NCBI GenBank assembly: GCA_039818345.1
Contig: JBCBUC010000009.1
Coordinates: 46,549 to 110,548, forward strand
DNA: 64,000 nt
Direction of reading: 5' to 3'
Source of the DNA: Pseudomonadota bacterium
Lineage (GTDB): Bacteria > Pseudomonadota > Alphaproteobacteria > Caulobacterales > Parvularculaceae
Below the pieces are notes generated by a model. The model did no database searches and was not told the origin of the DNA. It saw only the letters and a program-made list of their open reading frames with translations. The position numbers were made by a program, and so were the translations under genes. Shown here piece by piece: positions 47,176 through 56,506 of this stretch. Each line of letters begins with the position of its first letter. The first letter of the stretch is position 1.

Positions 47176-48795
47176 TTAGTCGTCGTAACAATCGTCTTCT
47201 GGGACAGTGTTACCCAGCTTCAGATCACGGAGGATTTCGCGTGCAGCGTTCGCTCCACAGGCGGAGGAAACGCCGCCGCCTGGGTGTGTCGATGATCCGC
47301 ACATATACATTTTATCGACTGGCATGCGGTACTGCGCATAACCCGGGAATGGCCTGTTGAAGAGGAGTTGGTCAATGGTCAGCTCGCCTTGGAAGATATT
47401 GCCTTCGGTAAGACCGATCTCATTTTCAATTTCGTGCGGTGTCCGCACTTCCATATGCACAATCAAGTCTTTGAAACCAGGGCTATAACGCTCAATCTTG
47501 TCGATCACCGTTTGGCCAAAAGCGTCACGCTTTTCAGGTGTCCACGGCCCATCGGCAAGCTCTGGTGGGCAATACTGAATAAAATTGGACATCCAGTGTT
47601 TTCCTGGCGGCGCCACTGTTGGATCCCAAGCAGACGGAATGACAGACTCAATGAACGGATCATCTGACCACGTCCCTCGTTTCCACGCGTCATACGCCTT
47701 CTCAAGCGTCCGAAGTGAACCCACAAAGCCCTGTCCCCCGCGGTTGATATAGCGATTATCAGGGACGTTGTTGAACTTGGGCAGCCCCGACAGGGCAATG
47801 TTCACCTTGCCTGACGAACCACGAATTTTGAAATTCTGCGCCTTTTTTAGGATCCCAGGAGGTAGGTCCTTCGGATCCATGATCTTGGTGAAGGTTCGTT
47901 TTGCATCGAGATTAGAGACGACAATTTTGCCATCAATCTCATCACCATTCTCGAGCACAACTCCGTTCGCCACGCCGTCCTTCACACGGATCTGGGAAAC
48001 ACCGGCATTCGTCCGTATCTCACCGCCATGCTCCATCAGCGCGCCGGCAAGCGCTTTCGAAATAGAGCCCATGCCTCCGCGAGCAAGGCCCCACGCACCA
48101 ATATTGCCGTCCACGTCTCCCATCACATGGTGGAGAAGAATATAGGCCGAACCCGGTGAATCGATTCCTAGGGCCGTCCCAATAATGCCAGGTGTCGCCA
48201 TGACAGCTGCGATGAAATCGTTCTCGAAGTAATCGTCGAGAAACTCCGCGGCACTCATGGTGAAGAACCGAATATACTCGTAGATCTCAGTCTCGCCTAG
48301 CTCGCCAAAGGTCTTGGCGAGGAATATCAGCTCATTGATGTCACGAATACGGAATTTTGTCGGGTCAGGCGGCGTCCGAAGCAGTGTCTTCCGTATCAAC
48401 GTCGAATACCGATCAAGGTCCGCTAGCAAGCGGAACATCGCATCAGCGTCATGCGGAGAGTGACGACGCAGCTCGTTATAGGCAGGACCTTCGGCGGTGT
48501 AAGAGGTCAGTGTTTCGCCGTTATCGCCAAACGCCACGGTACCGAGATAAGGCACCAACATCAGCCCGTGCTTGGTCAAGTCAAGATCGCGATGGATGAC
48601 CTGGCGCATCATGCTGCATACGTATGAACAGCTCGAATAGAGGAATCCATCTTCGAGTTCGCGCGAGACCGCGGCGCCGCCAATATACTCGTTCTTTTCG
48701 ACGACAACGACGTCGAGCCCGGCCTTTGCTAGGTAAGCTGCGTTGGTCAAGCCATTGTGACCTGCACCGATAATAATCGCGTCATACGTCTTCAT
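47176..48795 (-). CDS. COG1233 FAD oxidoreductase, 'alpha' type, cassette 2
   Basis: IGAGHNG, CSYVCS, EGNIFQGE, CGSSTHPGGGV. Confidence 0.88.
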   Translation of the reverse strand: MKTYDAIIIGAGHNGLTNAAYLAKAGLDVVVVEKNEYIGGAAVSRELEDGFLYSSCSYVCSMMRQVIHRDLDLTKHGLMLVPYLGTVAFGDNGETLTSYTAEGPAYNELRRHSPHDADAMFRLLADLDRYSTLIRKTLLRTPPDPTKFRIRDINELIFLAKTFGELGETEIYEYIRFFTMSAAEFLDDYFENDFIAAVMATPGIIGTALGIDSPGSAYILLHHVMGDVDGNIGAWGLARGGMGSISKALAGALMEHGGEIRTNAGVSQIRVKDGVANGVVLENGDEIDGKIVVSNLDAKRTFTKIMDPKDLPPGILKKAQNFKIRGSSGKVNIALSGLPKFNNVPDNRYINRGGQGFVGSLRTLEKAYDAWKRGTWSDDPFIESVIPSAWDPTVAPPGKHWMSNFIQYCPPELADGPWTPEKRDAFGQTVIDKIERYSPGFKDLIVHMEVRTPHEIENEIGLTEGNIFQGELTIDQLLFNRPFPGYAQYRMPVDKMYMCGSSTHPGGGVSSACGANAAREILRDLKLGNTVPEDDCYDD

Positions 48796-50336
48796 TTTAA
48801 AATCCGCCGCGCAGCGTTGTGACCAGCAGCGCCCATGATGCCGCCTCCTGGGTGACTGCCGGCACCGCAGAGATAAAGTCCGGGAATTGGCGTTGCATAT
48901 TGTGCGGCACCATGGGTGGGCCGCATCATCATCATCTGCTCAAGCGCGAGCTCGACATGATGCCAATGCCCTCCGGTTGCCCCGTATTGCTGCTCAATAT
49001 CGAGGGGCGTGAGAAGCTCTGAACCTTTGATCAAGGCGCCAAGACCAGGAATGTGCCGCTCTAGTGTTGCTAACACACGATCCTTGAAGGCATTGCGCGC
49101 TTCATCCGACCACCCTGTTTTTTCATCGTACGGCGCATACATAACGTGGGCGGACAGAACATGCTGACCCTGGGGAGCAACAGATGGATCGTGCAGGCTT
49201 GGGAAGGCAATTTCCATCACCGGGCTTTCCGAGGCCTCACCGTATTTCGCTTCATCGTAAGCAAATTCGATCGCATCCATATCAGGTGCAATGATCATCC
49301 GACCCTCAAGGGAATCGACGCCAGGAATCGTCGGCAGCTCGCTTAGAGCCGCGTGAAACTTCGCAACATATCCCTTCGAACGGAGACGACTGATCCGGTT
49401 GGCAAATTGGATCTCCAAATTGCCGGCACCGACGAGATCCAAGAAGGTGGTCTTAGGATCAGCGGAAGAAACAACAAGCGGCGCTGATATCGTCTCACCA
49501 CCAACAAGTTCGACCCCGACGGCAGCGAGCCCCTGCTCACTACCTTCGATCGTGACGTTTTTCACCGGCGCGTCAGTTTTGATGGTGACGCCTGCAGCCT
49601 TTGCGCAAGCGGCAAGGGCGTCAACAAGGGCAGAAACCCCGCCCTTAGGCGTCACATAATCGCCCCCACTTTCACCATTCATCCGTAGCAAGAGCGGCAA
49701 GACCGCGTTGTTGGGCGAACGCGGGGCCATTTTCGAACCAATCAGTCCGTCCCAGCACAACAGGGCTTGCAGCCGAGGGTCTTCGAAGCACTCACTCACA
49801 AGGTCACGCATCGGAAGCGTCAGGACACGAACCAGTTCGCTCATGTCCTCACCGCCCAAGCCGCGCATTTTCATGAAGGCTTGCGCGTAGACACCGGAAT
49901 CTCGAAGACCGGCAAGGCCAATGCGCGGGAGTGTCTTCTCCCAGATCACGGAGATTGCTTTACCGTAGCGCAAAAGCTTTTGCCGATATTCCGCATAAGC
50001 GTCGGTATCAGATCCTCCGACACCCCACACCTGGTCACCATGCAACGAAATAGGCGCCGCATCTTCCGCTAGGCCGATCGTTGGGCATGAAGGGTTAAAA
50101 GACAATCCGTACTGCTGAAGGTTCAAAGCGCCCGCCACCACGGACGAAAAATGGGTCACACTGTGCACCGGCGCTGCGCGAAAACCGTCGCTGAATTCCC
50201 GCGATGATGCTAATCCGCCGACAGACGGAGAAGCCTCGACAACAAGAACTCGTCGGCCAGCTTTTGCTAGGAGAGACGCGCAGACAAGGCCATTATGGCC
50301 AGCTCCAATTACGATCGCATCGTATTGCGTCATCAA
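48792..50336 (-). CDS. COG1233 FAD oxidoreductase, 'beta' type, cassette 2
   Basis: IGAGHNG, GGHWHHVE, CGAGSHPGGGIMG. ATGA overlap with the alpha gene. Confidence 0.88.
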   Translation of the reverse strand: MMTQYDAIVIGAGHNGLVCASLLAKAGRRVLVVEASPSVGGLASSREFSDGFRAAPVHSVTHFSSVVAGALNLQQYGLSFNPSCPTIGLAEDAAPISLHGDQVWGVGGSDTDAYAEYRQKLLRYGKAISVIWEKTLPRIGLAGLRDSGVYAQAFMKMRGLGGEDMSELVRVLTLPMRDLVSECFEDPRLQALLCWDGLIGSKMAPRSPNNAVLPLLLRMNGESGGDYVTPKGGVSALVDALAACAKAAGVTIKTDAPVKNVTIEGSEQGLAAVGVELVGGETISAPLVVSSADPKTTFLDLVGAGNLEIQFANRISRLRSKGYVAKFHAALSELPTIPGVDSLEGRMIIAPDMDAIEFAYDEAKYGEASESPVMEIAFPSLHDPSVAPQGQHVLSAHVMYAPYDEKTGWSDEARNAFKDRVLATLERHIPGLGALIKGSELLTPLDIEQQYGATGGHWHHVELALEQMMMMRPTHGAAQYATPIPGLYLCGAGSHPGGGIMGAAGHNAARRILK

Positions 50337-50382
50337 GCGTTCCCACTAAGTCTTACACGGCCGTTGTCGTAAAACGTAGTGC

Positions 50383-51222
50383 TTATGGGCTTGAAGCCAA
50401 GGCGTCGTCCTCGCGGGTCCGAACGGAGCGGAGGGAATTGAGGGCCGTCTGGCGGTAGACGGACGGAGTCACGCCCGTCTGTCTTTTGAACGCATTATAG
50501 AACCCCGAAATCGTATTGAAACCCGACTCGATCGCAACTTTGACGATCGAGAAGTCCGCATCCGCCTCTTCCATCCTCGCGATAACGTGATTGACGCGAT
50601 GTTTGTTGACGAACTCGTAGAACGTGCAACCGATCACGTGATTGATCACATAAGAGATCTGGTTGCGGGTGTAACCCATCGCCTTTGATACTGCCGCCAG
50701 GTTGAGACGCGGATCGAGAAACGGCCGCTCCCCCTCAAAGTACTGGCTTAAGGTGGTCGAGATCGTCTGCAGATCGAGTTCGCTTAGCCCGAGTTTTGAC
50801 AGCTGCTCGTCTTGGCTGTCCGTTGCGACGGCGTCGGCAGGATCTGAAGTGACACCGCGGTAGTCGTAGAACTCGTGCACACTGACGATTTTATCGTGCT
50901 CAAAAACGATGAGCTCAACACCGCCGATTTCAATCGGCTCAACACTCTCCCTGGTCTGAAGATTTTGGCGCCAGTGGAGCAAGACCGATCCATCTTTTGG
51001 GTAGATGACGTCGTGAAACTCAAGACTGCTGCCCTCTTCCCGGGCAAACGTCTCCGCTAAAAAGCGCTCAAGCTCGCAATACTTGATAATCGAGCCCGAT
51101 GTCATGTCGTGGTACAGGACATCGTCAGCGAAAAGGCCCATCAGATTAGTGATGTCAGCCTTTTCCCAAAGCGCCAGGAATTTGGCGACTAAAGCCTTGG
51201 TATCGTTCGGGCTTTGCTCCAC
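50383..51222 (-). CDS. AraC-family regulator with N-terminal SnoaL/NTF2-like domain
   Basis: N-terminal LFADDVLYHD...GVELIVFEHDKIVSVHEFYD. C-terminal FLDPRLNL..SYVIN..FYEFVN..SGFNTISGFYNAFK HTH. GTG 51222 assumed. Confidence 0.85.
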   Translation of the reverse strand: MEQSPNDTKALVAKFLALWEKADITNLMGLFADDVLYHDMTSGSIIKYCELERFLAETFAREEGSSLEFHDVIYPKDGSVLLHWRQNLQTRESVEPIEIGGVELIVFEHDKIVSVHEFYDYRGVTSDPADAVATDSQDEQLSKLGLSELDLQTISTTLSQYFEGERPFLDPRLNLAAVSKAMGYTRNQISYVINHVIGCTFYEFVNKHRVNHVIARMEEADADFSIVKVAIESGFNTISGFYNAFKRQTGVTPSVYRQTALNSLRSVRTREDDALASSP

Positions 51223-51271
51223 GGACCTCTCGAATCGTGCACTGCGGTAAGAGCATATCAAGCCTCACGTT

Positions 51272-52138
51272 TTATGCATCCGTTTCATCCACTCTTCGCC
51301 GGATGTCGAGCAATCGTGAAAATTGTTCGACGATCAGTGGTGCCTCGTCGAGGGCCGTGATCACCGTCAAAACATAAGCAATAGCGGCAAAAACATCGCC
51401 GACCTGCGCGCCGAGCTCCGCCGTCACCCGCAAAATTACCAGCATCACAGCCACAAAAATAAAGAGATCCGCCACGGCCCAGGCGCCCGCCTGGACATCG
51501 GAAAGCATAATCCTCCAACGGGCTAAGGCCCTGAAATGCTTGAAAACACGCGCGGGACGCCCGCTTTCAATCGCACTCACTTCCCGCTCATGGCGGTCGT
51601 TCAAGCGCCGACTGAGCGCAAGGGAGCGTCGACCGTAAAGAAAATAGACAACGAAAACAGGGATCAATGCCAACGCCATCGCGGCACCTGCGATGGTATC
51701 GTACAAAAACAGCATGGCGACCCCGCCAATCAGGCTGATCAACGCTGTGACGAAGGCTGGCACCTCAAACTCAAAAAAATCAACGGCTTCGCGCGTCATC
51801 ACCGAACGGGCAGCGACCTCTCCGGTCGTCACGCCGGCCTCGCGCTGCCGCACAATCATGCGTCCCGCCACATCGCCATACATTTTCGCAAAAAGGCGGG
51901 TGTCAAAAACCTGGCGCGCGGTCGCCGTCACCAATTGAAAGAACCAAATCCCCGCAAAGGGCAGCAAGCTCACGATCCCATCGCCAGCGATCAAACCGTT
52001 GATCGCAAGGCCGATCGTGAACGGATAGAGAAGCTCGAAAACATTTTCGAGCAACATCACGGTGTAGGTCGCACTGACTTGCAGGCGGTATGGCTTCACC
52101 GCCCCAAAAAAAGTCTGTGGTTCGTCTCTTCCATCCAT
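51272..52138 (-). CDS. Stand-alone ABC-type six-TM domain protein (no ATPase domain)
   Basis: LYPFTIGLAINGL, RQVFDTRLF, VDFFEFEVP, LNDRHEREV. No Walker motifs. Confidence 0.7.
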   Translation of the reverse strand: MDGRDEPQTFFGAVKPYRLQVSATYTVMLLENVFELLYPFTIGLAINGLIAGDGIVSLLPFAGIWFFQLVTATARQVFDTRLFAKMYGDVAGRMIVRQREAGVTTGEVAARSVMTREAVDFFEFEVPAFVTALISLIGGVAMLFLYDTIAGAAMALALIPVFVVYFLYGRRSLALSRRLNDRHEREVSAIESGRPARVFKHFRALARWRIMLSDVQAGAWAVADLFIFVAVMLVILRVTAELGAQVGDVFAAIAYVLTVITALDEAPLIVEQFSRLLDIRRRVDETDA

Positions 52139-52215
52139 CTGATCGCCCCGAATATCCGTGCCAGGATCGACGTTACGCCCCTCTAGGGCGTGGCTCGCAA
52201 AAAGGCGAGACCCCC

Positions 52216-53424
52216 TTAGGACGCGTCAGCGAGGGCGGGGATAATCTGGCGGAGCCGCAGATACATATAGCCGTAGATCGACATCGCCGTCAGCGATGCG
52301 ACCGCTGACATCAAAAAGACCGAGCCATAGCCAAGGCCAAACCCCAAGATTGAGGCGGCAATGTTCGGCCCGAGGATCTGACCAAACCCGACCGCTGCAG
52401 GCATCAGCGCCGCATAGCGGCCAGACTTATCAACGTTCGCCACGGTCGCGGACTGATAAACATCGATGAAGATCCAAAGGAAGTTGAACATAAAGAGGCT
52501 GATAACAATATTGATGTTGTTGATGCCGAAAGCCAGCATACCGACGATCACCGCGTGACTGACCAGCGTGATCAAGAGCGGCCTCGCTAATCCATAGCGA
52601 TTGCTGATCACGGTCGCGACCAAACAGCCGACAATGCTCAAGAAGGATGCCCAGACCAGAACGCGTCCGACCCAGTCAGGGTCAGTTACCGGAGACGCCA
52701 AACTGGCAAGTTCGATATAGGTCCAATACGCCCCAATATTGACATACGTGGCCGCGATCGCGGCGAGGCACAGCCAAGGCACATAGGCGGGAACGACAAC
52801 ACTGGTGCTCGATCGTTGGCCGGTGTGATCCACCTCTTCGACCTCGACATCCAAACCCGTCGTCGATGCCCTTGCAGGAAGCCAAGACAGGAACGGAAGG
52901 GCTGCGAGATTAAACGCAACGAACACGAAGTATATACCGTTTATCGACAACTGCGGCAGGACCTGGAGCTCAAAGGCCTGGGAAAACGCAAAGATAAACA
53001 GCATAATATTGTACGCGCGTGCTGGTCGGGACGTTGCCCCGAGCGACGCGACCGCGATCGCGGTGTAGATACCGCTCCCAAACCCTGCGATCAGCCTTAA
53101 GAAGAGAACTGCTCCGTATTCGACAAAGATCATACAAAGGCCGTTGGCAGCCACTGTTGTTGCAATCGCGCCCGCGACCAGCCATCGCCGGTTGAGCCGC
53201 CGAATGAGTAGCGATGCGAAAACAGCGCCCACGGAGAGACCACCGAGATCCGCGCCAGCAACGCGCCCTACTTGCATTTCTGTAAAACCTAGTTGCGTGA
53301 CCCAAGCAGTACTGATCACCGGAATTCCAACGAGCACCCCGTAACCGACAATCGCAAGGTAAAGGGAAATTGAGACCGCACGCCGATCATCAAACTCTGT
53401 CTTGCGATGCGCGATTGAAGCCAT
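52216..53424 (-). CDS. MFS transporter
   Basis: About 12 TM, motif-A-like IRRLNRRW, RLIAGFGSG. Start uncertain (53424, 53448 or 53502). Confidence 0.88.
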   Translation of the reverse strand: MASIAHRKTEFDDRRAVSISLYLAIVGYGVLVGIPVISTAWVTQLGFTEMQVGRVAGADLGGLSVGAVFASLLIRRLNRRWLVAGAIATTVAANGLCMIFVEYGAVLFLRLIAGFGSGIYTAIAVASLGATSRPARAYNIMLFIFAFSQAFELQVLPQLSINGIYFVFVAFNLAALPFLSWLPARASTTGLDVEVEEVDHTGQRSSTSVVVPAYVPWLCLAAIAATYVNIGAYWTYIELASLASPVTDPDWVGRVLVWASFLSIVGCLVATVISNRYGLARPLLITLVSHAVIVGMLAFGINNINIVISLFMFNFLWIFIDVYQSATVANVDKSGRYAALMPAAVGFGQILGPNIAASILGFGLGYGSVFLMSAVASLTAMSIYGYMYLRLRQIIPALADAS

Positions 53425-53668
53425 GTCGCTGGTCACTGAATACTCCATCCGCAAGAACGCCATCGGGCGCGCCCACTCTGCTATAACCGCTCCGTGAGCC
53501 ACCCATCACCATCAAGAGGCTCACCAACGATCATGCCTTCGCCAACCATTGAAAATTACCGCGTCCTGTGATGGAAGAATCGAGAACAATGAAGACTTGC
53601 AATCAACGCACCTTGGGTCAACTCAATCAGTTGAACAAAGCGCCTGCGATATATTGAGGAACAAAACG

Positions 53669-54253
53669 ATGACTTCACTCAAAGGACAGGTTCACTCCGT
53701 CTACGTAGGGGTCGAAGGCGTGCTGGGCAAGGAACGCAAGGCATCGATTGACGTCGAACTCGACGGTATTGTCGGTGATCGCCATCGATCCTTTGAGCGC
53801 GAAGCCTGGGAAAGCGGTGATAAACAGCCAGGCGGCGTTCGCCGCCGGAATGAGCGTCAATGGTCAGCGGTGTCGATTGAAGAACTTTATGAAATATCAA
53901 AAAAACTCGGGACAGTGAAAGATCTCACCGCGGCATCACTGGGGGCTAATCTTTGCATCAGCGGCGTCCCAGAGCTGTCGAGATCGCCCAAAGGCAGCAT
54001 TCTCAAATTTCCGTCGGGTGCTGAGCTGATTGTCGAAGAGTACAATCCGCCTTGCCATGATATGGGCAAGAGCATTGCTGAGGACTACGAAACAACCAGC
54101 GGTGAAGAGCTCGGCTCAACTGCGTTTCCCAAAGCATCTCAGCTCACGCGCGGTGTCGTCGGAATTGTCGACGTGCCCGGTGCGATTGCCGAGGGTGACG
54201 AGGTCTTGGTGGAAGTCTACGCAACGCCAGCTTGGTTGCTCCGAAGCGACTAA
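53669..54253 (+). CDS. MOSC domain protein (YiiM-like)
   Basis: GIVGDRH, LGANL, NPPC (conserved Cys), RGVVG.V...G.I..GD.V. GAGGA SD before ATG 53669. Confidence 0.85.
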   Translation: MTSLKGQVHSVYVGVEGVLGKERKASIDVELDGIVGDRHRSFEREAWESGDKQPGGVRRRNERQWSAVSIEELYEISKKLGTVKDLTAASLGANLCISGVPELSRSPKGSILKFPSGAELIVEEYNPPCHDMGKSIAEDYETTSGEELGSTAFPKASQLTRGVVGIVDVPGAIAEGDEVLVEVYATPAWLLRSD

Positions 54254-54292
54254 AACGAAACCAACTTTTCGTTGGCGCTCAAGTCAACCATT

Positions 54293-54538
54293 CTAGGTCT
54301 TGGTCTGCCACCGTTTGGCCAAGAATGTGTGGGTAAGGAACGTTGCAGCCATTCCCCCTGCAACAACCGCCCCGCTCATGATGTCTCGATGCGGAGTTTG
54401 TGCGTCCCACACCTCGTTCTTACCCAGCCAATACAACGTGTACATTGCCAGGATGCAGGGAGTGAGCGCAATCGCTATCCGCACTAAAGCGAACAGCTTT
54501 GATTTTGCCTCTTGCAGCATCAAACCTGCTCCTTTCAT
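54293..54538 (-). CDS. Small two-TM hypothetical protein
   Basis: Two hydrophobic segments, fills the gap between neighbours. Confidence 0.55.
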   Translation of the reverse strand: MKGAGLMLQEAKSKLFALVRIAIALTPCILAMYTLYWLGKNEVWDAQTPHRDIMSGAVVAGGMAATFLTHTFLAKRWQTKT

Positions 54539-54680
54539 TGGTTTTAAAGTTCCTCAGGTGGTTGAAACGGGACCCGCCACTCGTCGGAACCAAGTCATCA
54601 GCTTAGGTTGTTTGAACCTTCTGACCAATTCCTGGCGGACCCGCAGAACAGCTGACGACGCTGGACGGATTTGATGATGT

Positions 54681-55637
54681 ATGCGACGATCTTTCATCGT
54701 GGATATTAATGTAGCAAAGCTTCTAAAGCACAAGCACCTCAATGGTTGGGGCCTCTTTTGGCTTCTCTCTGTTCCCATATCCCTTAGTGTGATTATTCAC
54801 GGTCTTCAAACGGATCTATCGACCGGCGAGGGCGTATCAGAAATGATCGGGTATTCCGTCCGCTGGGCGGTTCCCTTCATCTATTTGGTGATCGCGGCGT
54901 CCGCTGTTCAAATTCTATTCCCAGGACCGTTTTCTATGTGGTTGCTGCGGAACAGGAAGTATCTTGGTCTTGTTTTTGCTGTGGCAATGGCCTGGCAAGG
55001 TCTTGGAATTTTTGTCGTCTCGACCATTATGCGGGACTATTACTTTTCCGAGATTTATGCGTTTCGCGATGAGCTAGAGGGTACCATCGGCTACGTTTTC
55101 CTCGCCACACTTTCGATCACGTCCTTCAAGATCGGCAGTCGTTTCATCACCTCTGATCAGTGGAAATTGATCCATAAAGCCGGCGTGATCTTTCTTTGGG
55201 CCTATCCTTTCAGCGTTTATTGGTGGAACTTGTTTTATTATCCGTACCTTGATGGATATGCATCTCCGCGCGTGATTGACTATTTCTTTTACGCGGGCGG
55301 GTTCGCTGCCTTCGCGTTACGCCTCGCGGCGTGGGGCAAGATTCGCCTGATGAAAAGCGCAAAGGAGGCCCCTGGCGTTACAGCTTCTCGTTTAGCGCGT
55401 GCGAGCGGCGGTGCGCTGATTGTTCTTGGGTTGGTAAGCGCGGTCACGGGACATCTTTGGTATAACAGTGTGGCGGGCATCCTTGCTGGACCGTCTTGGT
55501 CCGAGGAAACGTCGCTTTGGCTTCCTTTCTGGCCGCTTGAACCCTTCCTTCCTCTGTTGATCATTGGTCTGGGTATCATGCTCGCGACAAGTGTGCAGAC
55601 CGCGGGTCGGTCGACCCCTGAAGCGGTGACAAACTGA
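54681..55637 (+). CDS. MsrQ/ferric-reductase-like membrane protein with degenerate heme ligands
   Basis: WLLRNRKYLGL, LSITSF, WKLIH motifs typical of the MsrQ/YedZ fold. Confidence 0.65.
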   Translation: MRRSFIVDINVAKLLKHKHLNGWGLFWLLSVPISLSVIIHGLQTDLSTGEGVSEMIGYSVRWAVPFIYLVIAASAVQILFPGPFSMWLLRNRKYLGLVFAVAMAWQGLGIFVVSTIMRDYYFSEIYAFRDELEGTIGYVFLATLSITSFKIGSRFITSDQWKLIHKAGVIFLWAYPFSVYWWNLFYYPYLDGYASPRVIDYFFYAGGFAAFALRLAAWGKIRLMKSAKEAPGVTASRLARASGGALIVLGLVSAVTGHLWYNSVAGILAGPSWSEETSLWLPFWPLEPFLPLLIIGLGIMLATSVQTAGRSTPEAVTN

Positions 55638-55639
55638 TC

Positions 55640-55665
55640 AGCGCCCGAAAAGCCTGGGCGCTTTT
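55640..55665. terminator. Probable terminator hairpin between convergent genes
   Basis: AGCGCCC-N9-GGGCGCT followed by TTT. Confidence 0.5.
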
Positions 55666-56506
55666 ACGGGGTCGTCAGCAATCGGTGGTGATGGCGGAGG
55701 TGATCACTGATGAAACTTGCGATGAAATAATATGAGTGGTCATATCCAGGCTGCATACGGAACGTCAGCGGTTGCCCGGCTTTAGCACAGGCTTCTTCAA
55801 ATAATGCCGGTCGCAACTGCTGTTCCAGAAAACTGTCCTTATCGCCTTGGTCGATCAGAATTTCCGCTTCAGACGGCTGTGTTTGGACAAGGTGGGTTGC
55901 ATCGTAATTCAACCACCTTGCGCGATCCTGTCCCAAATAACTGGTGAACGCCTTCTCACCCCACGGAACTTGAGAGGGGGCAACAATGGGGGAAAACGCG
56001 GAAACTGATGCGTAGAGGGATGGGTTTTTGAGGTGCAGCGTGAGAGCGCCATGCCCTCCCATCGAATGGCCCATGATCCCTTGTCGCTGCCCGTCAGCTG
56101 GAAAATTCGCTAGCACAAGATCTTGCAATTCTTCCGTGATGTAGCGGTCCATCGCGTAATGCTTCGCCCACGGCTCTTCCGTCGCAGACAGGTAAAATCC
56201 CGCACCCTGACCAAGATCATAGGCGTCATCATCCGCCACGGCTTCCCCGCGCGGAGAGGTGTCGGGTGCCACCACCATAACACCAAGGTCTGAGGCCGTT
56301 TTTTGCAGCCCCGACTTTTCCATGACATTAGACCAATTACAGGTCAGCCCTGAGAGGTACCAGACCACTGGCACCGCGCCCGATACAGCCTGCGGCGGGG
56401 AGTAAACCGCAAAACGCATAGCACAGCCGCAAACCGCACTGTCGTGATCGTGTACGGATAGCGTGCCGCCAAACGACATCCACGATTGGTGGGTGGTCAG
56501 TGTCAT
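55664..56506 (-). CDS. fghA: S-formylglutathione hydrolase
   Basis: YLSGLTC, PDTSPRG, GQGAGFY, GHSMGGHG nucleophile elbow, GYDHSYYF. Confidence 0.96.
   Translation of the reverse strand: MTLTTHQSWMSFGGTLSVHDHDSAVCGCAMRFAVYSPPQAVSGAVPVVWYLSGLTCNWSNVMEKSGLQKTASDLGVMVVAPDTSPRGEAVADDDAYDLGQGAGFYLSATEEPWAKHYAMDRYITEELQDLVLANFPADGQRQGIMGHSMGGHGALTLHLKNPSLYASVSAFSPIVAPSQVPWGEKAFTSYLGQDRARWLNYDATHLVQTQPSEAEILIDQGDKDSFLEQQLRPALFEEACAKAGQPLTFRMQPGYDHSYYFIASFISDHLRHHHRLLTTP

Noticed and set aside
15454-50336. Carotenoid biosynthesis (five 'phytoene dehydrogenase' genes)
   Set aside because: No crtE/crtB/crtY. The proteins carry the GAGHNG/HPGGGV PYROXD2-type signature and sit among amine catabolic genes.
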